Source: Bacillota bacterium (GTDB lineage: Bacteria; Bacillota; Sulfobacillia; UBA8153). From it: a stretch of DNA of 64,000 nt. The notes below the pieces were generated by a model. It was not told where the DNA came from. It ran no database searches and saw only the letters and a program-made list of their open reading frames with translations. Position numbers and translations under genes: made by a program. The stretch lies in assembly GCA_040756655.1 (NCBI GenBank), contig JBFLYN010000006.1:19865-83864 (forward strand), read 5' to 3'. This document shows, one piece after another, positions 1-9,760 of the stretch. Each line of letters opens with the position of its first letter. Within the stretch, counting starts at the first letter, position 1.

Positions 1-375
1 ATGTCCGGGCTGTTGGCCTCGGCCATCCTGAGCCTAACCCGCGGCAATCCAGGACTGTCCTTGGCCGTGCTCTTTGCCCTGACCTCTGGCCTTACCGCCG
101 TGCTGGTAAACTCCGCAGCCTTCATGCTGGTAGCCCCGGTATCCCTGGCACTGGCAGCCGGCCTGGGCGCCGACCCGCGCGCCTTCTTGATCATCACCGT
201 GGCCGGGTCGGCCTCGGCTTTCTTCAGCCCGGTGGGGCACCAGTCGAACGCTCTGGTGTACGGAGTGGGAGGCTACCGGTTTGCCGATTACGCCCGCGCA
301 GGCGTGGGACTGAGCCTTCTGGTGGGGGCCACTTGCCTTTACCTGGTCCCGCGGTTTTGGCCACTGTTCCCGTAA
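1..375 (+). CDS. SLC13/CitMHS-type permease, C-terminal part (probably cut by the window edge)
   Basis: Hydrophobic ORF with the SLC13 C-terminal signature ASAFFSPVGHQSNALVYGVGGYRFADY. Confidence 0.8.
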   Translation: MSGLLASAILSLTRGNPGLSLAVLFALTSGLTAVLVNSAAFMLVAPVSLALAAGLGADPRAFLIITVAGSASAFFSPVGHQSNALVYGVGGYRFADYARAGVGLSLLVGATCLYLVPRFWPLFP

Positions 376-489
376 TGCGTCATGTTCTCGGCCCCGTTCG
401 TCGGGTCCCATATCCCATCGCCGGGCAAAACCCGCCGGGCGGGCAAGGTGCGGCAGGCAGATTCGCCAGGACTTTGTCCCAAGTGATCT

Positions 490-1000
490 CAAGTTGCTCC
501 GGTTTGGAGTACACCGTTAGGCTTGGGTCTCACACCTTTTCGTGTAGTTGCTTAGCGTACCACTTCCTTGCATACCCGGCGCTGCATGAGGCTATACACC
601 AAGAGCGCCATGCCAGGGCCTGCACCCGTTCTAGCTTCTTGACATAGACCGGGCCCACGGCCTTGGGGTCCTTGACAAAGGCAAAGTGCTGCTCTACCAC
701 GGTCTGTTGCTTATACTCCGTCAACACTTGCGGGTCCAGCCATACTTGCGCATGTGACCCGGACAGGCCAGTTCTATTACTGGAACTTGCACCCATCTTC
801 CGCTGTCAACGCGGCAAGGCCATCGAGCATGGAGTCTCCGGCATTTGACGACGTACCACAGGACCGTTCAGTCATAGTACCAGTGAAAAGTGCTACTCGC
901 CCTGATCGGTTCCACAAACTGGGATGGTCGGCTGCCGTCTTCTCCGGTGGATGACGAATGCAGCGATCCGGGTATCTAAGTCGCCATTGCCGGATCCTGG
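490..1000 (-). mobile_element. IS1634-family transposase remnant
   Basis: ORF 530..796 contains LTEYKQQTVVEQHFAFVKDPKAVGPVYVKKLERVQALA, matching the IS1634 C-terminal YKxQxxVExxFxFxK..P motif; flanks broken, lower GC; boundaries approximate. Confidence 0.65.
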
Positions 1001-1363
1001 TGAACACGCAATCGCACCCAGGGAGTTTGCCCTTCGGTAGGCAGTAGGTGACATTCCGATCGGCCCGAAGGAGACCGGCCGCCACCCCCAGCACCCGCAC
1101 GGACTCGGAAACATGTCCCGGCCATCCGGCGGCCGGGCTGATGCTGGGGTTTCTGAACCTTACTTATCGCGCAGGCGCCACACCACAGAGCATGGTCGTG
1201 TGGAGGTGATAGGCTTCTGTTCTGGTAGGCCGCTACTGAGAGGGCGGGTCCGGTGGGGTTTTGGTGGGACTACGTATCGTTCCCCAGCACCCGATAGGAG
1301 CCTGGGCTAAAATGCCTCATTTGCTCCCGGCCCGCCCGCAGCTTTACCCCCTTTGCACCCGGC

Positions 1364-2129
1364 TACCGGCCGGGGAAGTGGTAATCCATACCACAGTATT
1401 GTCCTGTGGCCGCGTCCATGTAGACCACGCTCAGCCCGGCCACTTCCGTGACGGGAAAAGCATAGACCAGCATTACGCCCAGCACTTCCAATCCGGGTAT
1501 GCCGGTGGCAACCAGGTTGGGGCCGAGCAAAGCGATGGCCTGCTCTCCGGTGAGCCGGGGGGGGCATGGTCCACCGGGCTCTGGTAAAGGTGAAAGTACC
1601 TGCCCAGGCTGACAGCATGCCTGGGGGTGCCTCCCGGGCAGGATGCCGGACCTCGGAGGATACCGACAGACTCACCGTCCGCTCGCGGTAGACGATATCT
1701 CGGCCAATGGGCAGAGAGCACCCGCCGTTCGGTCTGCTAGCCCTGGAGCTGGGTCAGGGTAGCTCCTTCGAACTGGGCCCACCTGGCCACAAGGGCTTCG
1801 GCCTTTTCCAACAACTTGGCGAGAGAGCCATCCGTCCGCCCGCGCAGGTCCACTTGCATGATGTGGCCCCCCGCCGCAGTAACCGCAACGGCGTATTCCC
1901 AGCCGGTAGCGGGGTCTTTCAGGACGAACTCCCGGTAGTCGCCCAAGCGTGAGCCGTAGCCCCACCGCCCATAGAAAAGGCAACACCGTCGGCACCGGAG
2001 GCAGCCGGCTGCTCACCGGAATTGCCCCAGGTCCCGCACGTAGGCGGTGACGTCCTTCACCCGCTTTCCCACCCAGAACCACACCATGATGGCCACCTGG
2101 ATCACCATGACCAGGTGTCGTTTTCTCAT
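1364..2129 (-). pseudogene. Degenerate PepSY/YpeB-like gene
   Basis: GGAGG RBS then ATG at 2129, hydrophobic N-terminus, in-frame TGA at 2013-2015; fragments AVAVTAAGGHIMQV..LEKAEALV and LTGEQAIALLGPNL..VVYMDAATG resemble PepSY repeats; several frame breaks. Confidence 0.35.
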
Positions 2130-2589
2130 GTGGCCCTCCGTTGGGCATAGTCTTACCCACGCCCTCCACCTCTTTTGGAGGCCCGGCCCCAGGTCGGACC
2201 CGGAGTTCGGCAGCCCCCATCAGACGGTCTGTCACGTCGGGAGCACACAGTACATGGCTGCCATTGCCCTTGACGTCCGTCGCCCGGTCGGGTCTTTCCT
2301 TTTCGGTTGCCGGCGTCGGCACAGACGGTGTTGACACCACGCGGGCCGTTGAGGCTAACGGGTCACGTATTGTGCAGCCACGGCCGGTCATGACGGAATC
2401 CGGAGCGGCCCGGGGTGCTTTCTTCGATGGGCCAGGCTCCTTACCGAGTCAGATCGGCCGTTGGCCAAGGAGGAAAGGTTCCCGAAGAGAACAGCGTTCT
2501 GTTTGTGCATTTTCCCGGTTTACTCTGCGCCCCTCTCTTCCGATGATTCGTATAGGACGGCACTTTACCCATTAGCGGGAGGGGATCCT

Positions 2590-3267
2590 GTGGCCAATTG
2601 CGTGGGATGTAGCAAATCCAACCTGGGCGTGGGCGCGACCAAGTTGCTGTGGCTAGATGGTAGCTGGTATTGCCAGCAGTGCCTGCGGACTCAAAAAGGC
2701 AGCTTGGCATGCCAGGGCTGCAAGCGCCTGGCTTTCAGCAACGACGATCACTTCAAGACCATCGACGGGAGGCTTCTTTGCCAGTCGTGCATTCTCAAGG
2801 CAGGCTTGACCTTCTCCATCCTGGCTCCAGTCAGCAAACCCGGACCGTCTTCTGGTGCGGCTTCCACCGGCGACGGTGTGGTCGAACCCCTGGCCAGCGC
2901 TCTGGACGAGGTACTCAAACAGCACCTGCAGCCTGGTGAACAGGTACACCTGGCCATCAACGGCAATCCAGGTGAGGCCTTGGCCCTCACCAACCGGCGG
3001 GTGCTGGTGCTGAAGTCGGGCATGGCAGCCGGCTCTTTGCTGGCCAAGAAGGCCTGCGCCTTTGCGTACCCGCAGATCACCAACGTCAAAAATGAGGCCG
3101 GGCCGCTCGTGGGAGTTTTTGCCCTGCATATAGCGGGTGCCCCCGCGGCCGACCTGGCCGACGTCAACCAGGCCAAGAAGGCGGACAACGCCATCACCTA
3201 CCTTGCCAAGTCGCGGGACAAATTCGACCGGGCGCTGCAGTTGATCCGTCAGCGCAGGACCGGGTGA
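2590..3267 (+). CDS. Cys-rich double zinc-finger (LIM-like) protein with C-terminal bacterial PH-like domain
   Basis: GTG start after GGAGGGGG; CxxC..CxxC..CxxC..H..CxxC; C-terminal [37 protein letters not shown] is typical of bPH domains. Confidence 0.6.
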   Translation: MANCVGCSKSNLGVGATKLLWLDGSWYCQQCLRTQKGSLACQGCKRLAFSNDDHFKTIDGRLLCQSCILKAGLTFSILAPVSKPGPSSGAASTGDGVVEPLASALDEVLKQHLQPGEQVHLAINGNPGEALALTNRRVLVLKSGMAAGSLLAKKACAFAYPQITNVKNEAGPLVGVFALHIAGAPAADLADVNQAKKADNAITYLAKSRDKFDRALQLIRQRRTG

Positions 3268-3286
3268 GCTTGAGGAGGAACCGAAG

Positions 3287-4687
3287 ATGCCCAGAGTCCG
3301 GACGACTCCGCTCCTGTGGGCCACCCTGGCCTGTATCCTCGCCACCACTATCGCGGCTGTTTTTGGGTTGCCAAAAGTCGTGGGTCTGATCCCGGGACTA
3401 GGGGCCGTCCTGGCCCTATTCGCCGTTGTGCACGGCTGGGCCCGGCCGGTAGGACAGGCCACGGAGTTCCTGGCCGGACTGGCTGGCGGAGTCGCTCCAC
3501 TCGGACGCAGGCTGGAGGCTACGGTCGACACTCCAGAAGGCCTGATCGCTGCCATCAACGCGTTTGCCGAGCGAGTGGCAACCGGGATGGCCGGTTTTTC
3601 GGCCACCGCCACGGAGGTCAACCAAGCCAGTCTCTCCCTGGCCACGGCAGTGGATCAGGCCGGGCAGACGGTCGGGCAAGTGGCAGCTTCTGCCACAGAA
3701 ATCGCCCAGGGAGTGGAGAACCAAAACGACCGGATGCAGCAGTGTGCTTCGGTCCTTGAGCAGTTGAACGCGGCCATCCTGTCGGTGGCAGACGGTGCCA
3801 ATGAGCAGATGCAGAGGGTTGGCGAAGCTGGAGACGCGGTCGAAGAGATAGCCATAGTGATAAGGCAGATCACCAGTCTCATAGAACAGGCCGAAGCCAA
3901 CGCGGAAGCCAACCGCACCATCGCCGGTACGGGCGGAGGAGCGGTCGACCGGGTCATAGCCAGCATGGGACGGATCGAACTGGCCGTGGCAGCCGTCGCA
4001 GAGGACATCAGCACCCTGGAGCAGTCATCCCGCCAGATCGGTGACATCGTGCAGATCATCGAAGGCATCGCGGCCCAGACCAACCTGCTGGCCCTGAACG
4101 CGGCCATAGAGGCTGCCCGGGCCGGGGAAGCCGGTCGCGGTTTCGCGGTGGTCGCGGACGAAGTGCGCAGGCTGGCCGGAAGGGCCCGCACCGCCACGGG
4201 TGAGATCGGCACGCTGATCGCCGGCATCCAGAAGGGGACCGGACGGGCGGTCGCCGCCATGCAGGCCAGCAGTTCCGAAGTGAAGCACGGCAGTGCTCTG
4301 GCGGTTGAGGCCGGGGAGTCCCTGCAGCAGATCGTCGCCAGTGCGGTGGCCTCTTCGGAGGTACTTGAGCAGTTTCGGGCTTCCTCTTCCGGGCTGGTGC
4401 GGGCGGGAGACCACATCAAAGAACGGATCGAGGCCATCGCGGCCATCGCCACCAACAACCAGGAGGCATCGGTTGAGATGAGCACCATCGCCTCGGAGGT
4501 AGTCGCAACCGTACACGAACTGGCCCATATCAGCGGGGTCAACGCCGCCGGCGCCGAACAGGTGGCAGCAGCCAGCCAGGAACAAGCCGCCGCCATCCAG
4601 GAAATGGCCCATACCGCCCACAGCCTGCGTACGGCGGCAGAGGTACTGCAGCGGCTAGCACACGACCTTGGGGCGCAGGCGAGGTAG
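3287..4687 (+). CDS. Methyl-accepting chemotaxis protein
   Basis: Two N-terminal TM helices, HAMP-like region, conserved [37 protein letters not shown]; GAGGAGG RBS. Confidence 0.95.
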   Translation: MPRVRTTPLLWATLACILATTIAAVFGLPKVVGLIPGLGAVLALFAVVHGWARPVGQATEFLAGLAGGVAPLGRRLEATVDTPEGLIAAINAFAERVATGMAGFSATATEVNQASLSLATAVDQAGQTVGQVAASATEIAQGVENQNDRMQQCASVLEQLNAAILSVADGANEQMQRVGEAGDAVEEIAIVIRQITSLIEQAEANAEANRTIAGTGGGAVDRVIASMGRIELAVAAVAEDISTLEQSSRQIGDIVQIIEGIAAQTNLLALNAAIEAARAGEAGRGFAVVADEVRRLAGRARTATGEIGTLIAGIQKGTGRAVAAMQASSSEVKHGSALAVEAGESLQQIVASAVASSEVLEQFRASSSGLVRAGDHIKERIEAIAAIATNNQEASVEMSTIASEVVATVHELAHISGVNAAGAEQVAAASQEQAAAIQEMAHTAHSLRTAAEVLQRLAHDLGAQAR

Positions 4688-5670
4688 CCCCAGGCGTAGG
4701 ACAGCTGAAACCGGCCAGAGCATGGAGCGCCCTCTGGGGTCTTCCGATGCCGGTGGTTCCATGGAACCCATGGCACCGTATGCCGTCTTGGTCCCGTGAA
4801 TCCCATCGTTCGGCAGCTCAACTTCCCGGCTCCTTGCGCCGGCCGGGTTCGGCGCGACCGGCCTTCCCGGGCCGAAGCCACCGATGACCCTGCCCAGTTA
4901 GCCGGGGTGGGACTGGCCGGAGTCGCGGGGAAGGACGCGATCCAGCTCCTGCGAGAGGCGGTGGCGCTCCACGCCGTCCCTGACGGCCTTTACCGGGAGA
5001 TGGTGCCGGCGGCAGAACAGCGCAGCTGGTCGGAGGCGCGAATTTATGATCCGTCTCTGTACACAAGCTTGATCAACGCTTCCCCGCAAGAACACCTCAT
5101 CATCACGGTGGCAGGAGGAAGGGGTTCGACTTCCTGATCCACGTACCGGTATGTTCCCCTCGCTCCCCGTGACCTGTGCATCCGCCGGGTCATCGGACAT
5201 CCAATCGTTCTCCCGGGGTCCAGGTGCATGCAGGGCGCAACACGACCTCAGCCCACCGCACCAAAGCCAGCTTGGGTGGACGACCGCTGCTTCTCCGTGG
5301 TGTGAGCCATCAACGTTGGCTGGGGAGCCAGCACTGAAAACCGTAGGGGTGGCGCGAAAAAGCATGCAGGATAACACCACTGACAACCAGGGCTCATGCC
5401 TCGCCCAGAAGCAGTTCTCCCTATCTTAGCAGGCCAGGATGCAGATCTCTAGAGCCAAGCGTATCAACGGCTGCCTAAGCCACAGCTAGGACGAACGTTC
5501 TAGCCGAGGACACTATCTGTAGAACACACGGGAGGCCAATCTACACCACCTAACGGGACACGACCCGACCAGCAACCGCCCGTGGGACCCGCCCCGCGAC
5601 GCTGTATGACTTAAGTCGCCGCTGGCCATTGTGCCCTTTGGCCAACAGGAAACTACACCGGCACGCAGGA

Positions 5671-6861
5671 TCACTGCTTGGCAAGCCTCGCAGTCTCCCG
5701 GGCAATCAGTCCCTCCTCGTCGGTGGGGACCACCCACACTCGCACCTGCGAGGTCGCAGCACTGATCTCCCTCTCCCCGGTTTCCAATTCGTTCCTGTCG
5801 GCATCCAGTATTACCCCGGCATAGTGCAGCCCACCGGCGACGGCCCGTCGCAACCGGGAGGAGTTTTCGCCGATGCCCGCGGTAAAAACCAGGCAATCCA
5901 GGCCTCCTAAGACGGCGGTGTATGCACCGATATACTTGACCAGACGATAAGTGGTGACGGCCCAGGCCCGCCGGCACCCCGGGTGGCCGCGGTCTATGCC
6001 TTGCTCGATGTCGCGCATGTCCGGAGAGAGCGCGCTAAGACCTAGGAGGCCGGACTCGCGGTTGAGCGCCCGGTCTAGGTCGGCCGGGGAAAGCCCAAGA
6101 CCGGTCTGAGCATAGAGTACCAAGGACGGGTCCACGTCCCCGCTCCGGGTGCCCATGACCAGTCCCTCCAAGGGGGTAAAGCCCATGCTGGTGTCCACGC
6201 ACTTGCCGTCAAGGACCGCGGAGATGCTGGCGCCGTTTCCCAGGTGGCACACGATGGTGCGGCGGGTGGCCGCATGACCCAGGAGTTTGCGGATGCGGCC
6301 GGAAACATACTGGTGGGAGATACCGTGAAAGCCGTAGCGCCTGATCTGGTGCTCCTGGTACCAGGCGTACGGCAGGGCGTACAGGTAGGCTTGCTCAGGC
6401 AGGGAAGTGTGAAAGGCCGTGTCAAACACGGCCACCTGGGGCCGGCCCGGCAGCAGTTCTCGGGCAGCCAGGATGCCGGCCAAGTTGGCAGGATTATGTA
6501 ACGGCGCCAAGGCCGCGTACCTCTGGATGGCGGAGATCACCTCACCGGTGACCAGGGTGGGCTGGCTGAACTCCTCACCGCCGTGGACCACCCGGTGGCC
6601 CACCGCCCGCACTTGGTCCAGGTGCTCCAGTGCCGGTTTCTCTCCTCGCACGCAGAGTTCCAGCCCCAGTCCGACGGCGTCCCGGTGCCCGGACACTTCC
6701 GGCGCTTCGCGGTCCACCTCCCACCCGCCTGCTCCATGGCGCACCCGGGGCCTGGAGGTGTTCAGTTTCTCCACCATCCCCCGGGCCAAAAGCCCGCCGT
6801 CTTCCTGGTACAGCCGGTATTTCACCGACGAACTGCCGCAGTTGAGCACCAGTATGGCCAC
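5671..6861 (-). CDS. ackA: Acetate kinase
   Basis: ILVLNCGSSSVKY, GHRVVHGG, APLHNP, RRYGFHGISH, HLGNGAS, DTSMGFTPLEGLVMGTRSGD, FTAGIGEN, PTDEE. Confidence 0.97.
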   Translation of the reverse strand: MAILVLNCGSSSVKYRLYQEDGGLLARGMVEKLNTSRPRVRHGAGGWEVDREAPEVSGHRDAVGLGLELCVRGEKPALEHLDQVRAVGHRVVHGGEEFSQPTLVTGEVISAIQRYAALAPLHNPANLAGILAARELLPGRPQVAVFDTAFHTSLPEQAYLYALPYAWYQEHQIRRYGFHGISHQYVSGRIRKLLGHAATRRTIVCHLGNGASISAVLDGKCVDTSMGFTPLEGLVMGTRSGDVDPSLVLYAQTGLGLSPADLDRALNRESGLLGLSALSPDMRDIEQGIDRGHPGCRRAWAVTTYRLVKYIGAYTAVLGGLDCLVFTAGIGENSSRLRRAVAGGLHYAGVILDADRNELETGEREISAATSQVRVWVVPTDEEGLIARETARLAKQ

Positions 6862-6878
6862 ACGCTTCCCTCCGGTCT

Positions 6879-7166
6879 CTAGCCGCCCTCCATGGGCGGG
6901 ACGAAGGTCACGGTGTCGCCGGGGCTCAACCGGGCATCCTCGCCGCCCATAGTCAAGGCATTCTTCCCGTTGATCAACAAGACGCGCGAGACGTATTCCC
7001 GGCGCGCCAGGTCCTCTAGCACCTTATCTCGAAACTCCGGTCCCAGCGCCTCCCCTATCTCCTGCAGGAGCCGGCGCACGGTGGCGGGTTCGCCCAGGCG
7101 AAGTTCCAGTTCCTCGCGCCGGGCCCACTCCCGGAACACTCCCACAAACCGCACGGTTACCCGGAT
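6879..7166 (-). CDS. MoaD/ThiS-family sulfur carrier
   Basis: Ubiquitin-like size ending PPMEGG; start is GTG 7154 or possibly ATC 7166. Confidence 0.85.
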   Translation of the reverse strand: MRVTVRFVGVFREWARREELELRLGEPATVRRLLQEIGEALGPEFRDKVLEDLARREYVSRVLLINGKNALTMGGEDARLSPGDTVTFVPPMEGG

Positions 7167-7178
7167 GCCCGCTCCCCC

Positions 7179-7973
7179 CTAGAACACCGGAGCCGGGGCC
7201 TCTTCATAGCCCAGGTTCCGGGAAATGTCAGCTCCCGCGCGCCTGACCATCTGGATATACTGGTTCAGTTCGCCCGATTGCATCCTCACGGTGGGGCCCG
7301 ATATGGACACCGCCGCCACCACTCGCCCGTCGCGGTTCCTGACCGGTGCGGCCACGCAGCGCACACCCGTCTCGAACTCCTCGTCGTCTACGGCATACCC
7401 GTGGGCCCGCACCCACTGCTGGTCCTGCCTGATTTCGTCCGGGCTCGTCACAGTGCGGGGCGTTAAGGCGGCCAGGCGGCCTTGCCTGAGGAACGCCTCG
7501 ATCTCATCGGGAGCGCAGGCCGCCAGCAGCACCTTGCCGGAAGCCGTGGCATGGAGGGGCATGACCCTTCCCACTTCGGCCTGCACCCTGAGGAAGTGCT
7601 GGCCGGGCCAGTACTCTATGATCGAAGCCTTCCACCCGCTGCGTATGACCATGTTGGTGGTCTCCTGGGAGCGCTCGGCCAGCGTCTCCAGGACTGGGCG
7701 GCTGGCGTGGCGGAGTTCGTTGACAAAGTCCACGGCATTGCCCACTTCAAAGGCCCTGAGCCCCAGGCTGTAACGGCGGGTCCCCTCTTCTTGCCGGACA
7801 AATCCCCGGGCCTGCAGGGTCTGGAGCAGGCGGTGGGCGGTGCTGGCGTCCAGGTCCACCCTCTCGCTGAGTTCGACCAGCCCGGCCGCGTTGCCCACTT
7901 CGGCCAGGGCTTCCAGGAGGGCCAGTGCCCGGTCTACCGACTGCACCCGGTTTCCGCTAGGTTCCCTGTGCAT
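7179..7973 (-). CDS. IclR-family transcriptional regulator
   Basis: VQSVDRALALLEAL HTH, STAHRLLQTL, PLHATASGKVLLA, GYAVDDEEFETGVRCVAAPV, AAVSISGP; ATG 7973 after GGAGG. Confidence 0.95.
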   Translation of the reverse strand: MHREPSGNRVQSVDRALALLEALAEVGNAAGLVELSERVDLDASTAHRLLQTLQARGFVRQEEGTRRYSLGLRAFEVGNAVDFVNELRHASRPVLETLAERSQETTNMVIRSGWKASIIEYWPGQHFLRVQAEVGRVMPLHATASGKVLLAACAPDEIEAFLRQGRLAALTPRTVTSPDEIRQDQQWVRAHGYAVDDEEFETGVRCVAAPVRNRDGRVVAAVSISGPTVRMQSGELNQYIQMVRRAGADISRNLGYEEAPAPVF

Positions 7974-7977
7974 CGAC

Positions 7978-9363
7978 TTAACCTCCGCTTCCCCGGGCCG
8001 GTGGCAGGGGGATGCCCAGCCCGCCCAGCTCAGTTTCCAGCTGCTCGTAGAGGGATACATGCTCATCACGAGGGACCAGTGCCTGCACATCGTAGAGTTC
8101 CTCGAAAGGCAATCCTGCAGGTGCTATCCCCACTGCCATGCGGTCGGAAAACCGCGACAACAGCTCCCGGGCCAGCCCATCAGCCTGTCCGGGCGGAAGT
8201 TCCCGGGCACCCCTGGCCACCCGGGCAAACAACCGGGCCATGAGCGGGCTAACCGCGTTACGGTGGGGTGATTCGGCCGGGCGCGGGCCCGCCACGTGCA
8301 CTCCGGCAGTGGCGCTGGCCAGGAGCGAGGCTGTGAACTCGTATGCATACTGGGGGGTCCCGGGACCGGCCCCAGTGGTATGGCTGGTGACCAAAAGCAG
8401 GCGCGAGTGGTTCCGCACGGCCCGGGCTACCAGGCTGGCACACCATATGGACTGGGGATTGGCCTGTTGCCGCAGGCGGGCGTGCTGGGGGCCAAAGTGG
8501 GCCACCCGGCACCCCAGGCAGGCCGACGCAATGGCAGAGGCCACAGCGATGATGGCCGCCGCGGCAGGATCGCTGCTGGGGCCCGGCCCGGCTATCAGCG
8601 GGGTGAAGGCCAAAAACACGGGCGTGCCAAAGTGGCGGTAGTGGCTGATGCGGGCCAGCTGGTGGTCTTCCAACACCAGGTCCTGGGTGAAGGCAACCGC
8701 CCGCCCGTCACTGGCCCGGAGTCCCCAGCCGCCGTGGCTGGCGGCGACCTCGCCCAGCGCCATGAACACGTGCCCCACTATGGGCATGCCCGGCCGGCCC
8801 GCCCTTGCCACGGCCTCCCGGGCCTGGCGACCGTAGAAGGCGGCCGCCTCCACCGCCAGTGCTGATTCGGGACGGAACGGCTGGCCGTGGAATTCGGCCA
8901 GTGACCCCGGGATGTGCAAGACGTCGATGGCTCTCTCCCGGGCGAAACACTCGTTGAGGGGTAGAAACCAGCGGTCGTCGGTGATGGCGTTGAAGGGCCC
9001 GCTGAAGACCAACGGTATGCCGTCAGGACTCATGCTGACGGCATCGGGTGGTTCACCCAGCACCAATTCGGAACCGGCAGCATCCAGCGCATCTTCAATA
9101 TCCTCCGCCGTGAAGGCGATGACCCTGCGGCTTGAGGAAACAAATACCCCGGTGCGCTCCAGGAGTTCCCGGCCGGCCGACCACGCCCGGTGGGCCAGCT
9201 GGGCGTCACACTCCATGAGCACGGCCGGGTCGTAACGCAGCTGGTACTTTCGCTGCAATTCGGCCACGTTCCGGCCCAGGGCGGACACGGTAAAGTCACC
9301 ATTGGTCATGAGCCGGCCGGTTTCAGCGCGCCGGGCAATGTCAACCGACTTAAGAACAGGCAA
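7978..9363 (-). CDS. Monomethylamine:corrinoid methyltransferase (MtmB) homologue without pyrrolysine
   Basis: Collinear with methanogen MtmB as recalled (RAETG, ELQRKY, AGRELL..GVF, AGRPGMPIVG, GPQH, AGPGT, APAGLPFEELYDV); no in-frame TAG. Confidence 0.85.
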   Translation of the reverse strand: MPVLKSVDIARRAETGRLMTNGDFTVSALGRNVAELQRKYQLRYDPAVLMECDAQLAHRAWSAGRELLERTGVFVSSSRRVIAFTAEDIEDALDAAGSELVLGEPPDAVSMSPDGIPLVFSGPFNAITDDRWFLPLNECFARERAIDVLHIPGSLAEFHGQPFRPESALAVEAAAFYGRQAREAVARAGRPGMPIVGHVFMALGEVAASHGGWGLRASDGRAVAFTQDLVLEDHQLARISHYRHFGTPVFLAFTPLIAGPGPSSDPAAAAIIAVASAIASACLGCRVAHFGPQHARLRQQANPQSIWCASLVARAVRNHSRLLLVTSHTTGAGPGTPQYAYEFTASLLASATAGVHVAGPRPAESPHRNAVSPLMARLFARVARGARELPPGQADGLARELLSRFSDRMAVGIAPAGLPFEELYDVQALVPRDEHVSLYEQLETELGGLGIPLPPARGSGG

Positions 9364-9639
9364 GGCTGCTACTCCTTCCAGTCACAGAGGCAGTTTCCAG
9401 CAATTATTGTAACCTATCCTCGGCGTCTGCACCAATAGGTTGGCGGATTTTTTCGTAACTGAGGCAGGAATTCCACCCGCTGATGTCCAATGTCTAAAAC
9501 TAGTTTCCGATAGACGGAAAAGCACCTGGGAGGTCTGGCGGGTAGGTACTTCTAGAGCGAGGTGGTATTGTCCTGCTAGTTCAAGGACTCCGCCGGTGGA
9601 GGTCCGTGCCAGGAGAAGTCCGGAAGAAAGCGGCACCTG

Positions 9640-9668
9640 TTGAAAACTACTTGCATGATGTGCAAAAT
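9640..9668 (+). promoter_or_regulatory. Putative sigma-A promoter overlapped by a 15-bp palindrome (candidate IclR operator)
   Basis: TTGAAA-N17-CAAAAT, with TTGCATGATGTGCAA (9651-9665) lying between and over the boxes. Confidence 0.45.
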
Positions 9669-9760
9669 ACTTGGGCCGCCAGTTACAGCACACCTGGGTG
9701 GAAGGGAGTGAGGATGGTCCCGTTGTTATGTTTCCCTCAAGGATGAAAGGAGGATGTACC

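Noticed and set aside
1737-2129. In-frame TGA (2013-2015) followed by the palindrome GCAGCCGGCTGC as a possible selenocysteine codon
   Set aside because: Not in a redox motif, no recognisable SECIS, and the downstream region has further stops and frameshifts, so a nonsense mutation is more likely
4700-5660. Short ORFs and small palindromes (e.g. GGTTCCATGGAACC) between the MCP and ackA
   Set aside because: No recognisable domain or regular repeat spacing; probably decayed DNA
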